Positions 48,848 through 61,815 of a stretch of DNA of 64,000 bases are shown here, in pieces. The position numbers and the translations under genes are program-made. Numbering within the stretch: the first letter of the stretch is position 1; every line of letters starts with the position of its first letter. The stretch comes from the human T2T-CHM13v2.0 reference genome, Homo sapiens. The notes under the pieces are model-generated. The model worked only from the letters and a program-made list of their open reading frames with translations, searched no databases and was not told where the DNA came from. Location of the stretch: the NCBI RefSeq assembly GCF_009914755.1, contig NC_060932.1. One strand, written 5' to 3'.

Positions 48848-48959
48848 AAGAAAAACATCAAAGACGTGCTTCCTTTACTTTAACATTTTCAATTTCAGAG
48901 GTGAGTAACCGCCATCATACTTAGTCTCCAGGTGATTTTCAGGTGCCCTCTGGGCATGA

Positions 48960-49282
<323 letters not shown>

Positions 49283-49595
49283 AAAGCTAATTATTTCTCT
49301 TGTATGCCGTTTCCTGAATTGCACAAAAGTTTGCTTTTCTGGCAGCCTTTCTTCATAGTTTCTTTCTTGATCTGTGTAAATCCATCGTTAGTTCTAGATT
49401 ATGACTTGAGATGTTTTCTGCAACACCTAAGAATCTCACATTCACCTTCAACTTCTTGGCACAGAGACTTTCTGTCCCTCCAGGAGGCTGCTCAAATTCT
49501 GGGAAGCAGGTAGTCCCTTCCCAACATGATAACTTTCTCCTAGTTCTACTGCCAGGGAAATCTGTCCCTTGTCTCCACCTGTCTCCTGTCCTATG

Positions 49596-50213
49596 TGTTG
49601 GGGTTCAATCAGGCTGGTGGGAAAAATATTAAAGATAGTTATAGTAATAGTCAAAAACTCTCTTGGAAGGCCTAAGAGTTTGCATAGTTTCAGATTGCTT
49701 GCCTGAAGGCAGCCAGGGTCTCTTTGCAGGAGCCAGAAACATTAGGGTGCAAGTACAAAGGAATGTGGGAAGTTTATCTTACTAACCTGTTTACTTATAT
49801 GGGCTTAAAACTAACCTTCGTCTTACTGCGGGTACTTTACTGCCTCCTACTGCAGGGGCGGCCAAGGGGTGGGGGGGATCAGGCAGAATTTTATTACCCG
49901 CAAATGGTGTTTGCTTTAGGCCTTTAATCTTTACCCTCTAGTGGTGTTTACTCACAACTTTTGTTATTTAGTCTTACTGAATAAATGCAAGCCCGACTAG
50001 CGGATTAGGGCCGAGTCGCAACTGTTTACAGAACTTAGTTTGGGTGTAAGCCGCTCGGACCCTCAGCTGGACTGGCAGAACAGAATATCTGTGTGTCAGT
50101 GTACTTTATTCATCCATTGCCGAATCAGGAGTCTGCAGGAACAGAGCCCCCCATCCTCCCCCCCCGCCCCCCCACCCCGCAGCTACTGGCCCCGCAAAAG
50201 GAGCACTGCCTTA
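49596..50213 (+). mobile_element. Solo LTR22-like (HERV-K22/HML-5)
   Basis: tgttggggttcaatcaggctggtgggaaaaatattaaagatagttatag start; AATAAA at about 49980; 5-bp TSD CTATG (49591-49595, 50214-50218). Confidence 0.8.
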
Positions 50214-50889
50214 CTATGTATTTCTAAAGCTGGGAAGTATTTCAAACTTCCCATGCTCCTCCTCTCAACTATTAGAGGGATCACATCGTGGATGGCTTCC
50301 TGAACAGTGCCTTCATCAGGTGAGAGATGAGCCGTATAGCACACATCATTCTTTATGTGAATGGAGATGTTCCTTCCTTCAGAAATCTTCCTACGCCATT
50401 TTGTATTCCCAAACTAAGTGATGATAATTCGAGCTTTAAAGAACTGGTATTCAAATTTTCCCTTGTTAAATTCTGCATATATCGATTGGTCTTCCATCCC
50501 CTTTGTACCTACTTATATCCATTGGTGTCTTTTGCCAACATCCTATTACAGATGGAAAGGACCATCCCAGATTTACCTCTATATTAGGTAAGAAAATAAC
50601 ACCATCAGCACTGTGACATTCAGATTTATACTCCTGTTCCTTATGTATCATTTTTTTCCCCAAATGAGCACACAAATTGTGCTATTGAATTGTCAGTGTG
50701 AAACTGACTTTGAAGGCATTGAATTGTGACTGCCCCAAGGTCAGACCATTTGAAAGATCTCAGAAAGGACCCAATTCTTAGATCATAACTTTGAAGACAA
50801 TAGTCTTTTCTTCGTAAAATTCCCCTTTTCCTCTCTCCTCACCTCCTTTTACTTTTGCATATACAAATTTCATCAACTGCTGCTTTTTA

Positions 50890-51556
50890 AAATCAGTCAA
50901 ATCTGGTCTAGAAACAAAACAACAAATTGAGCCTGAAGCTGATGAAGGCTTTATATCTAACTTCCAAATCACAGGAAATGCAGGGGACTGAAGACCATGT
51001 TAAACAACATTATAAAGATGCAATAGACACAATGCATATGTGGGAAATGTCACAGGACAAAAGACCTAGTTTCTTAAACAACAATAACAACAAATTACAA
51101 GGATAAAAGGGGAGAAATGGAGGTGAACTTATAGAGTAAGAAGGATTTTGAAAGACTATCAAATATTTGCCATATATGATCTTTATATCCTGATTCAAAC
51201 AGGATGGCTGTAAAAAAGAATTGTGAGACAATCAGATAAATTTGAACATGGCTAGATATGCAATATTAAGAAAATAATATTTTAAGGGTAAAAATGTTTT
51301 TTGTAATTATGTTTTTTAAAAGCATACTTATCCTCCAAAAATCCATTCTGATACATTATAAGGGAAATTATACATTTGAAATTTGCTTCATAATGATACC
51401 AGTAGGGTGAAAGTGGTAGGATTAGAGAGAAAAGAGTATTGTCCATGATTTAATAATTTCGAAGTTGAGTGATGGTACAAGAGTGCTTATTAGACTATTC
51501 CATATATATATTTACATATATATATTTGAAATTTTCCATATTAAAATGCGTTTAAA
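50890..51556 (+). mobile_element. L1MC-like 3' UTR
   Basis: acaggaaatgcagggga...ggacaaaagacctagtttcttaaacaa...tatcctgattcaaac...tttgaaattttccata. Confidence 0.7.
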
Positions 51557-52789
51557 AGCCAGCTGAATATTTTACTAACCAGATGATTGAGTAAACACCA
51601 TTTCAACTGGCTGTGTTGATGTAATGTAGATTTGGTCTGAGTAAGGTATTTGATTTATTCTTTCCCTTATTTACCAAGAGTATAAAAACCAAAAGGCCCA
51701 GATGTGTAATGCTAATGGAAGCTCTGCAATACCTACATACCACAGAATTTATTTGCTTTGTGATGCACTACAAAGTGAGCGGAGAAAATGCGTAACATTG
51801 TTCTTTGATTTAAGCAGGGAGGGCTGCTTTCTTCTCTGTAGGAGGAATTAAGAAAAATGCAACATAATCATCCACCCTTGCTTTGAAGTATAATAGCTTT
51901 GTGTTGTTACTCAGGCCCCTGTGAGCAAGTGTGATGGAGCCTATGTACTATGGGGAGATAAACTACAGCTAGAATTTATTAGAATGCCATCTAAGCTATA
52001 GAAATAGAGACTGAGAAGGGATTCAGTGATGACTTCAATAGATTTTGTTACATTTTATGTCTTTTAAAGAATGTGATACAAACAGGATGAAACTTTAGCA
52101 TGTTTGTTCTCTGGGTCAGGTATATGAATATTTGTTACATTTTTCTCCATTTTTCCTTTTACGATAAAATATTTTAGTATAAAATATTTAAGGTTTTTCT
52201 GAATTTGCTTTAACATGCAGCTTGAGAATTAGAAGAATAAATGTAATCAATACAATTTTGCACTCTGGGTGGACATCAGAGACAGACTTTAACAGGAATT
52301 GTGATTTACAATATCACGGAAGAGCCTCTTTTCTCTCATTCCCTTCACACCACCCCTGAAAAGAGACCAAAGATGTAATCAGATTAGTAAGTGTTATGTC
52401 TTAAAATGCAAACGCTGTCAGGAAGTTAAGATATTGGCTGTCACTCAACTCTTTGTGTAATCATCTAAGATGTGTTCTTTCTGTGGCCCATCTCATTCAT
52501 TCCAAACATGAGGACTATTAGCTCCTTAGGAGCTGCAAAATTCATTTTTCATAAACCCATATATATACTAAACATTGCATATAGACTGAATAAATAGTAT
52601 GTCTCACAAATATATGTGCTGTCATTTTTCAAATAAATATAGTAATGGGATTAATAAAATACAAATTTTTCAAAAATGAATAGAATCCAAAAAGTTTGGG
52701 TCATCATATATTTTCTCAATTGATAGGTTAATAAAATACAAAATTAATCATGAAGGGTATCAAAATTTGGAAAGCTCTCCAAATTATCT

Positions 52790-53500
52790 GAGAGGGCTGT
52801 ATTTCATTCTTTCTTTGGTCACATAATATTCCATGGCATAGATGAACTGCAATTTATTTAGTCAGCCTTTCCTGTATTGGTGAGCTTTCTCTGTATCCAA
52901 TGCTTGGCCAATACTAACAATGGTACAATAAACATCCTCTGACATATGATCTTGCAAATAGACACCTTTGTTTCTATGAGTTAGATTCCAGTAATAGAAT
53001 TGCAGAATTAAAGAGGAATTGTATTTTAGGTTAAAATAGATGTTGCTATATTGCCTTCTGGAAAGGATGTAAGGTTTTGCAATCTCACAATGTACAAAAG
53101 AGCCAGGTGCAGTAGCTCATGCTTATAAACCCAGCTACTCAGGAGGCTGAGCCAGGTCAGGAGTTTGAGACCAGCTTGGACAACATAGTGAGACCCCATC
53201 TCTAAATAAACAAACAAACACACTAATGAAAATGTACAAGAGAATCCATTTCCCCAATTCCCCACCAGTAATGGGTTTTATAGTTATTTTTAATTTTGCC
53301 AATCCAATGGATATAAATGATATTTTGTCATTATTTTCATTTTAATTTTTCTTACTACTTATGAATTCAAGCATCTTTTCATGTTTAGTTGACCATTAAG
53401 TTTTTTTTAATTTGAATTGTTTATTCAAACCCTCTCTGCATTTTTCTATTGTGTGTCTTTTTCTGTCACTCTGTAAGTAATCTATATATTACAGAAATGC
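52790..53500 (-). mobile_element. Old L1 (L1ME-like) fragment containing a FLAM
   Basis: taatattccatggcatag...tttttaattttgccaatc...gcatcttttcatgttta. Confidence 0.7.
53100..53220 (+). mobile_element. Alu monomer (FLAM-like) with internal deletion
   Basis: gccaggtgcagtagctcatg...caacatagtgagaccccatctct; aatgtacaa(a/g)ag on both flanks. Confidence 0.85.
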
Positions 53501-53519
53501 TTCGTATCTGATGTCTCCC

Positions 53520-53760
53520 TCTCCTACCTCTCAAGTCACTTTCTATCATACTGATCTTTTTCATTTTGTCCGTAGTAATTACCACTATTTGAAATTATTT
53601 TATTAGTCATTTGTTTCTTGTCTGTCTCTGTCACTTTCAATAGAATATAAATTGCATGAAAGCAGAAAATCCTTTCTTCTTCAATATCTCTATCACCTCT
53701 GATAGTGCATAACACAGGATAGGCCCTGAACAATTTTTGTTGAATAAATAAATGAATTAA
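53520..53760 (+). mobile_element. L2 3' end
   Basis: tagaatataaattgcatgaaagcag...tttttgttgaataaataaatgaat. Confidence 0.65.
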
Positions 53761-56205
53761 TGATGGCAGTTAATTATGCATAGATTCATAAAATATAATG
53801 CTTGACTCAAGGTACTAGGGATAAATGTCATAATTATGACAACAATATATCCCACATTTTCTGGAATCACTTTGATTATTCTGTTCCCTTAATTATACTT
53901 GCACTTGTGACACCATGTGTTTGAGTTGGTTCATACATACATGTATAAATCATGTGTGAACACAGAAGAGAAAGCAATGAATAATTATTGAGGGACTGTT
54001 AGGAATGGGAACAGCATCACTAGTGATAGCAAGAATTTGCCATAAAAGCAGGAGGAAAGGCATGAAGGCGGAACAGCTTGGTCACGAACAAAGAGGTGGG
54101 AAATCAAGAGGCATTTACGAGCAAGTAATCTGGTGTCATTAAAGAATGTAATGTGTTATTTGAGATAGTGAGAAGAGTGAAATGAATTGTGAATGGAAAG
54201 GTGATGGTGATAAGGTTATAGAAAATTTACATTTTCAACTAAGGAGTTTACTCATCATTCTTTATAGAAAATGTAGAGTCATCAGAAGTGTTTTAGCAGG
54301 GGAAGTGACATAAATTTATAATATAGAAAGAACGCTCTGGTGGCAATGCTATGAATTGATTAGAAGGGAAAGAGAAGATTTTATTAATAACATTCCTTCT
54401 CACAGCTCTAAAATAACTTGTGCCAAGCTAGTCCAAGTATATTCTATGGGCAGCATTTTTAATAGAACTAGCAGAGTCAGCACACATTTCCCAAATCAGA
54501 TGACAGAATAAACTCTTTAAATTTTATCCATTAGCTTTTGCTGCCCAAGTTTTTTATGCGAAAGAATAAAAAACATATGAGTTGCATTAATTTCCTCAAT
54601 AAAATGGATGCTTAAGTTGATAGTTATGTTCATTTTCTGCCAAACTATATCAGTCTCCTAGTATAATCCAATAGTTCTGAAATGCTTTGGAGGAATTTTG
54701 TGTGCCAAGTACTGTGCTTGATCTTTACCTAGAAATGAGTTTAAGACTAATTGCCTAGATTAATATTAGGAAATGTCATCACCTAGACTTAGCCTGTCGC
54801 CTGCCTTATTCTGGATAGATACATCTACATGGTAAAGTTATATTTATATTAGGCCAAGATAAGAGGAGATACATTTGTCTTCTTTTGTTGGTTTAATAAA
54901 TGCCAGAGAATACTCTTTGGCATGAATTTCCCAATCTGGACTAGATATTGATCAACTAAAGTCGTTAATTGGCACATCTCCCTTTGGAGAGGCAGTAGCT
55001 CTATCTTTGGGCATCATTAGGTTCTCCTTAAATAATTTTTAAAATGGCTCCTCTGAAAAACTGAACAAAACTTTATTGAGAGGGTGTAGTATAGTTAAAA
55101 GGATGTGGGCCTTTGGAGTCAGATATCCCTAAATTCAGATCCCTACTTTCCCACTTACTAGTTGAGTAACATTCATTCAATAAATGGTTGAGAACTATTT
55201 TATGCCAATTATTGGTCTAGACACTAGAGATTGAAAGGCTCTGCCTTTAAGAAACCAGCAATCTAGAAAGAGAGATAGACAATAAAATAAATAATGTACA
55301 ATAGAATAATGAACAGTGGTAACACAAACCAATAGGTAATGTGAGAAGGTAGCTAAATGAAAAGGAACCCTGGACCAAAAGAAGATAACAAAGTGTCAAG
55401 ACGTGCCTAAGACTGCTATGTTTGGGAACATAAAGATAGTAAAGTTTTTTTTAAATTTATTTACAAAACACTGTGTGAACAAAGAACTTATCTGTTTATA
55501 CCACTGTAATTTCTAGCACCTAAGAGAGTACCTGACCCATAGTTTGAGCACAATACATATTTGGTGAAAAACAAATGAGATAAAAAATGTTTGGGGAAAT
55601 CGTGAGAAATTAAACTAGAGAAACAAGCAAAGAACATATTAGGTTGGGTTTGTATTCCAAGATTAAAAATTATGATTTTTATTCTGTATCTGAGTATTTT
55701 CCAAACTTAGCTAAGAATTAGAATTCATCTGAATTCTGGGTCAACTGTTAAAAATGTGGGTTCCAGTCGTCATCTCATAACCAAATCCTAATCTCTGGGA
55801 AAGGAGCCTGGAAATGTGTAGTTTAGCTAATACTTTATCTGATTCTAATGATTACGTGAGGAAACCAGACGAGGCAAAGAGGATAAAGGCTTGAACCAAG
55901 ACAATAGGATTAATAGAGGAAGTGAGAAAATACATAAATTATATCATGTGCTAATTAGGTTAGCCTGTCAAAGCTCATTAATCATTGGAGAATAACAGAG
56001 AGAAAGACATTTATTTTCTGATTTTTGTCCCTGGGTTAAGTTGATACCAAGAAATACAGTAAAGAATTCCAAAAGAGAAAATGATTGGGAAGAAAAGATC
56101 ATGAATTCTAGAAAAGTCAAATTTGAAGTGCTTATGCTAAAACTAGGGGTGGTTCAGAAGGTAATCTCAAGAGAAAAGTCTAAGCTTGAATCACGGGGCG
56201 GATAT

Positions 56206-56208
<3 letters not shown>

Positions 56209-56244
<36 letters not shown>
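56209..56244. repeat. (CA)n microsatellite
   Basis: Read directly. Confidence 0.97.
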
Positions 56245-56246
<2 letters not shown>

Positions 56247-56317
56247 TGCAATGTCTTAGTCTGTTCAGATTGTCCCAATAATTCATGTTATGACATTTTG
56301 CCTTATGACATATCTCC

Positions 56318-56524
56318 AATAGTGTACAGGCAAACGTTTAGTAACTGGCTCTCGGGGAGTGGGGGGAAAGCCCTGATCTGTGGCATCTGCCAAATTTTGT
56401 GATGTAAATACACCTACTGTGGTAGATTTCAAGTTACCAAACACATCACAAAATATGGGTTTGGGAAAAGATGTGCATAATTGTTTCTCAACAGCCAGAA
56501 GAAGCTGGTTCCACCACACCATTG
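56318..56524. mobile_element. MER63-like hAT MITE
   Basis: TIR-like caatagtgt.../...cacaccattg; aaagccctgatctgtggcatctgcc...gtaaatacacc...gatttcaagttacc. Confidence 0.7.
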
Positions 56525-57269
56525 CCATCTCTGTGTCCCTCAGAAATTCACTTGCAATATCCTTTGGGCCATTCCTCCCTAATGGGTCCATACTCCAGTA
56601 AAAAAATTTCCATCCTAGCAATAAACATAATACAAAAAAAGTCAAGTCCAATATGTTCAAATAAAGTGATTCCTTTCCAAACATCTCATCTGTTCTTCCC
56701 AAATCCTCCCAGGCTGTAGCACTCTGCTCCACGCCAGCAGGCAGTACTAAGCAGCTGGGTAGAATCATTACTCATTGTCCAGATGTATCATAATTTGATC
56801 AGGGTCTTTATGAACTCTGGCCTCTTCAATCCCCATCAAAGAATTCACTTAAGTGTCAATCTAGATCTACTGACTTAGAGCCCAAGTTCCAAGATAGTTG
56901 GATTCTGATGGCCAGTTAGCTGGGTTTATAGTTCCTAGATTCATCTCACCTGCCTCATTCATATGTGTGTCTTTATTCTGCTGAGGAAGTTCCACATCAT
57001 TCATTTCCTTCTACTCTGCAGTCTGGCAAAGGAGGCTTTGTAATCACTTCCTGAGGGATGGGGGAGGAAACTTGGATGAGGCAGCAAGAGTACAATACTG
57101 CTGGAATTGGTTCGCACTTATAAGGAGACTGCAGCTATCTCCAGCATTATCTGGCAGGATGCTCAAATTCAGTCTGATGTTTACCAAAATCTCCTATCAC
57201 ACTACCTCCACACTGCTTGTCTTTAGGACAAAGCTGACGGATTACAATTTGGCCTTCTTGATTGCCTTT

Positions 57270-57960
57270 TTTTTTTTAACTTGAGTGCTTGTTGTGTCAT
57301 AAACTGCAATGTTTTTAACACTTTAAAGTTGGCATTTCTTTTTATTGTAATCTGACTTGCACCATTTCCTTTGGGATATCAGCTGTCAGACTAACTCTTG
57401 ATTCTTTAAAAGTAAAGTGCTATTTTTTTCTCTAGCTACTTTTAAGGTTTTGTCTTTTATCACTGTTTTAGCAGCCTTATAATGATGTATGTAGGTGTGT
57501 TTTCTTAGTATTTATCTTGCTTGTGGTTCAAAGTATTTCTTTAATCTATGGCTTTATTTCTTCTATCAATTTTGAGAAATCCTCAGCCATTATCTCTTCA
57601 AATATTGTCTCTGTTCCATTCATTTTCTCCTCCCCATATATGTGTCTATAATTACATTTATGTCAGGCTCTTTAATGTCCCACATGTTGCTTATGCACTT
57701 TTTAGAATTATCATTTCTTACAACATGCAGCTTATGCATCAACAAATGAGAATAATGATATCAGATTTTGGACTTGCCTTGCTAAATTTTCTTCTCTCTG
57801 AGATCTCAGCCACTCAACACCTGGCTGCATTGATAGCTCTCCAATGCCCTCAAATTGATTTTCTTTTCAATCTTATCCAGGTTTTCTAGTTGGTCTCTGA
57901 AGAAGGGTTGTGTGGCTGTAAGCTAATTCATCATAGCCAGAAGCAGAAGTCCAGAACAGA
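57270..57960 (-). mobile_element. Old L1 (L1M) 5'/ORF1 fragments
   Basis: ttttaaggttttgtctttt...ctcagccattatctcttcaaatattg...tcatcatagccagaagcagaagtc. Confidence 0.65.
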
Positions 57961-58049
57961 GAAAAGTAGCTGTATTCTTGATATACGTGGAAAGCACACA
58001 CACTGAACATTATACATTGAAGGACTTGTTCTTTCATACAAAGTAAACT

Positions 58050-58768
58050 GTGAAAGATGAATTAAGTCACACTGAGGGCTTTGGCTTGGGCTACTGGAAG
58101 GATTGAGTTGTAATTTATGGACACAGAAAGAGGGCATGAGGAAAAGGCTTGGCAAGGGAATATCAGGAGTGAATTTTGAGATAACTGTTAAAAAAATAAA
58201 CAGCAGAAGGTGTCCAGGAGGCATTAATATATGAATCTGGAGTCCAGAGAAGAGATACAGCCTGGAGATACAAATGTGGAAATCATGGGCATATGGATGA
58301 TGTTTACAACCAAGAGAGTAGATGAAGTCACCAAATGTAGGAGTGCAGATGAAAAAGAGAAAAGATCTAAAGAGTAAGTCTAAAAGAAATAAAATTTATG
58401 TAGATGTCAGAGAGATGAGGAGAAACCACCTAAGGAGAATAGAAGAAGGAGCAGAAGGGAGATAAAACAAAAAACAAAAAACCAGATTCAGGAAGAGAGA
58501 TTTAAAACAAGAATCTACTCCTCCATTTGTATTCCAGGAATGTGATATATGTATAATGTGATATCCTGGAATCCAAATGGAGAAGCTATTCCAAGAAAAA
58601 GACAGTCAATAGTGCATCAAATGCTACTGAAAGATCAAATAAGATGACTGAAAATTGACCACTGAGTTAGAAACATGGAGTCATTGGTGACATTTAAGAG
58701 ACTCATTTCAGTGGAGGGGTGGAAGATGTCTGATTACAATGGGTTTAAAATAAAATGGGAGGAGAATT
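58050..58768 (-). mobile_element. L2 fragment
   Basis: ctggagatacaaatgtggaaatcat...tcaaatgctactgaaagatcaaataagatgactgaaaattgacc. Confidence 0.7.
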
Positions 58769-58787
58769 TATTCTCATCCTTAGTCAA

Positions 58788-59162
58788 TGTATTAGTCTGT
58801 TTTCACACTGCTATAAAGAAATACCTGAGACTGGTAATTTACAAAGGAAAGATGTTTCATTGACTCACAGTTCTGCATAGCTGGGGAGACCTCAGGAAAC
58901 TTATAATCATGGCAGAAGGGAAAGAGGCACATCTTACATGGTGGCAGATGAGGGAGAGGGAGCAAGAGCAGGGAACACTTCTTTATAAAACCATCAGATC
59001 TTGTAAGAACTCACTCACTATCACGAGAACAGCATGGGGGGAACCTCCCCCATGATCCATGATCCAATCACCTTCTACCTGGTCCCTCCCTTGGCATTTG
59101 GGGATTATAGGGATTACAATTTAAGATGAGATTTGGGGGGGACACAGAGCCAAACCATATCA
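58788..59162 (-). mobile_element. MaLR MSTA/THE1D-like solo LTR
   Basis: tgtattagtctgttttcacactgcta...gacacagagccaaaccatatca; perfect 5-bp TSD GTCAA. Confidence 0.92.
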
Positions 59163-59626
59163 GTCAACTCCATCAGGAAATTATTTCTTGCTGTCTGTGT
59201 AATTGAAATTTCTAGACAAACAATTCATCTAAAATTCATCTGATTTCCTGGAACAGATTGGCACGATTCATGCATTCTCAAGTCTGGTTATTTGAGTCTT
59301 TAAGCGTACCTTTTTAAAAGTTATCTCTAGGATCTCTTCATGGTTGAAGACCTTTTATGCACTAAATATAGTTAATAGTCATGAGTAAGTTGTTAAGATT
59401 TCGTGTACTCTTCACGCTCCACAAACTGTTATCTGGAATGCTGAGGCAATATTGCACAGTGATGAAAATGTAAGTAACTTCTAGAACCTGAACTCTAACA
59501 AATACTTGCCCCTGGAGGCTTGTTAGCAGCTGCCTCCGCTTTCTCAGTTCTGGAATTACAACATTTCCATGGACGATTCCAGCCAACATTCAGAGACATC
59601 CCCACAATGAGAATAGCACATTCAAG

Positions 59627-59628
<2 letters not shown>

Positions 59629-59662
<34 letters not shown>

Positions 59663-59722
59663 CTTCTAGTGGCCACTTCTCAAACTATAATATTTTCTGT
59701 GCTCAAGCTTCAGAGCTCAGAA

Positions 59723-59757
<35 letters not shown>

Positions 59758-59838
59758 ACTTCTAGTGGCCACTTCTCAAGCTATAATACTCACTACACAA
59801 GCTTCAGAGCTCAGAACCACACAAACACACAAACAACT
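59629..59838. repeat. Compound tandem repeat: about 96-bp unit containing (CA)n, about 2.2 copies
   Basis: (CA)n-aacttctagtggccacttctcaa.ctataata...caagcttcagagctcagaac repeated at 59661 and 59757. Confidence 0.92.
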
Positions 59839-60295
59839 CTTGTGAACTTTGGAAAGAAAGGGGTACCCTTGACTCTAACAATTCTGGCATATGTATGTGT
59901 CATATTCCTTCCTTCCTCCTCTAGACAAAATTTATTTTCCTAAGACCATTGAATTAGGTGGTAAACTCATTGATTTATTTTTATGTTCACCTTTCTTCAG
60001 ATACCTCCCTTGAAATCTCAGAGGACTCCACCACTGACATAAATTCCCAGAGCACCATCAACATTAATCCTCCTTCTAAATATCTCACTAGTATTTTGAA
60101 CTCATTCAGAGTCAAGGTTATTCTGAAGAACAGAATGGGAAACTGACATCTCTGACAACAAAGATGCCATTTTAAGTGATTACTCTCCATCATCACAATA
60201 TACGACGTGGTATATTCTTCAGGATGTGCTAACTGCTAGAACTAACGTCCCCAAAATCACAATCACTAAACATTAGCACAGTGTTTTCTTGCTTA

Positions 60296-60679
60296 TGTTA
60301 AAAGATAAACTTAGGCACGTTAAAATTGTAACAAGTTTGAGCATTAAACAATTCATGGACTGATCAGCACAGGAAGGCAAGCAGTTCAGCACCCCACTGG
60401 GAGGGGCAGGTGAGAGAGGAAACTTTTATGAGATGTTTATGAAAGAAAGACAAAGAAAATATATTTGGTTAGATAAAATGAAATGTTCCTAATTAGAGGT
60501 TAGTTGGAGATCTCTGATTGGCAAAGTCTCTAGTTAGAGGATAGTTGGTTGTATCTGATTGGTTAAGCTTAAAGTTTATTTTACTATTTACATTAAATTG
60601 GGTTTGGATTTGCTTAAGTAGGAACCCAAGGCCTTGGAGCTGTCTCAGTCTAGGTGCCTATCAGTTAATCATTTTAACA
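60296..60679 (-). mobile_element. ERV1 solo LTR (MER57/MER93-like) nested in an MLT1 LTR
   Basis: tgttaaaa...ttttaaca inverted termini; perfect 4-bp TSD CTTA. Confidence 0.8.
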
Positions 60680-61458
60680 CTTATATACCCCAAGGTGAAC
60701 ACTCCTGGTCAGGTGGTTCTCCTGGGCACCTCTACACTAAACAAAACCTCAGGAACCCAGGTGCTTCCATTCTGTGGCTTCAAGGTCCTTCTGACATCTT
60801 CAGCCATCCAATAAAGGAAAGAGAGAACAGAGGTTTGCCCAAAGGGTTTTGAAGCCAGTCTTGGAAATTGCATATCATCTCCACAACATTTCATTGACTA
60901 GAAAGTAGTCATGTGATTTTTATCCAATTCCAAGGGAGATAGGGAAATGCAGTCTTGTGTGCTCAGGAAGAGGAAATATAATTTCTGAGCCTCCAGCCCC
61001 TCTCTGCCATAGACTTCATTCTGACCACCAAATTTTCAGCTCATTCTTTGTGCTATATGCAAATCACTCATCCGCTTACCTATGAAGACAACTCAAAGTC
61101 ACACCCAATCACGACATCTTCATCAGAGTTCAGGATCTCCACATGATGCTCAGTCCTTCCATCAGGGCTGGATATGGTTCCTTGTTTTCTGATAGCCTAT
61201 GAATTAAAACATCAGTTATCTGCCTGTAACCACCACCACACACACAGGCGATATGCAATAGTGGAACAGAAGCAGGACAACAGTAATAAATGCTCCCACT
61301 TACAAAGGAAACAAGTAGGAAAAGCCTAGAAGTCAATGATCTACAGCAATTCTCAAGTCCATTTGAGTAGAAAATGTGAAGAGCCCTGATGTCATGATAG
61401 GAAAAGTTGTTTGAGAGGGTGTTGCTGATGCTGTCTGTGAGGAAGGTCCTTGTCCAGT

Positions 61459-61815
61459 TGACATGGTTTGCCTGTGTCCCCACCCAAATCTCATCTTGAA
61501 TTGTAGCTTCCATAATTCCCATGTGTTATGGGAGGGACCTGGTGGGAGATCATTGAATTATGGGGGCAGTTTCACCCATATTGTTCTCATGGTAGTGAAT
61601 AAGTCTCACGAGATCTGATGGTTTTATCAGGGGAAACCCCTTTCGCTTGGCTCTATTCACTCTCTTGCCATTGTAAGATGTGCCTTTCACCTTCTGCCAT
61701 GATTGTGAGGCCTCCCCAGCCATGTGGAACTGTGAGTCCATTAAACCTCTTTTTCTTTATAAATTACCCAGTCTCAGGTATGTCTTTATCAGCTGTGTGA
61801 AAACGGACTAACACA
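61459..61815 (+). mobile_element. MaLR THE1 solo LTR
   Basis: tgacatggtttgcctgtgtccccacccaaatctcatcttgaattgtagc...ggactaacaca. Confidence 0.92.

Noticed and set aside
56283-56768. 161-aa minus-strand ORF
   Set aside because: Overlaps a MER63-like MITE; no recognisable domain or exon structure.
59629-59838. Repeat-spacer pattern as a CRISPR-like array
   Set aside because: Only two units, the spacers are (CA)n, the context is eukaryotic and there are no cas genes.
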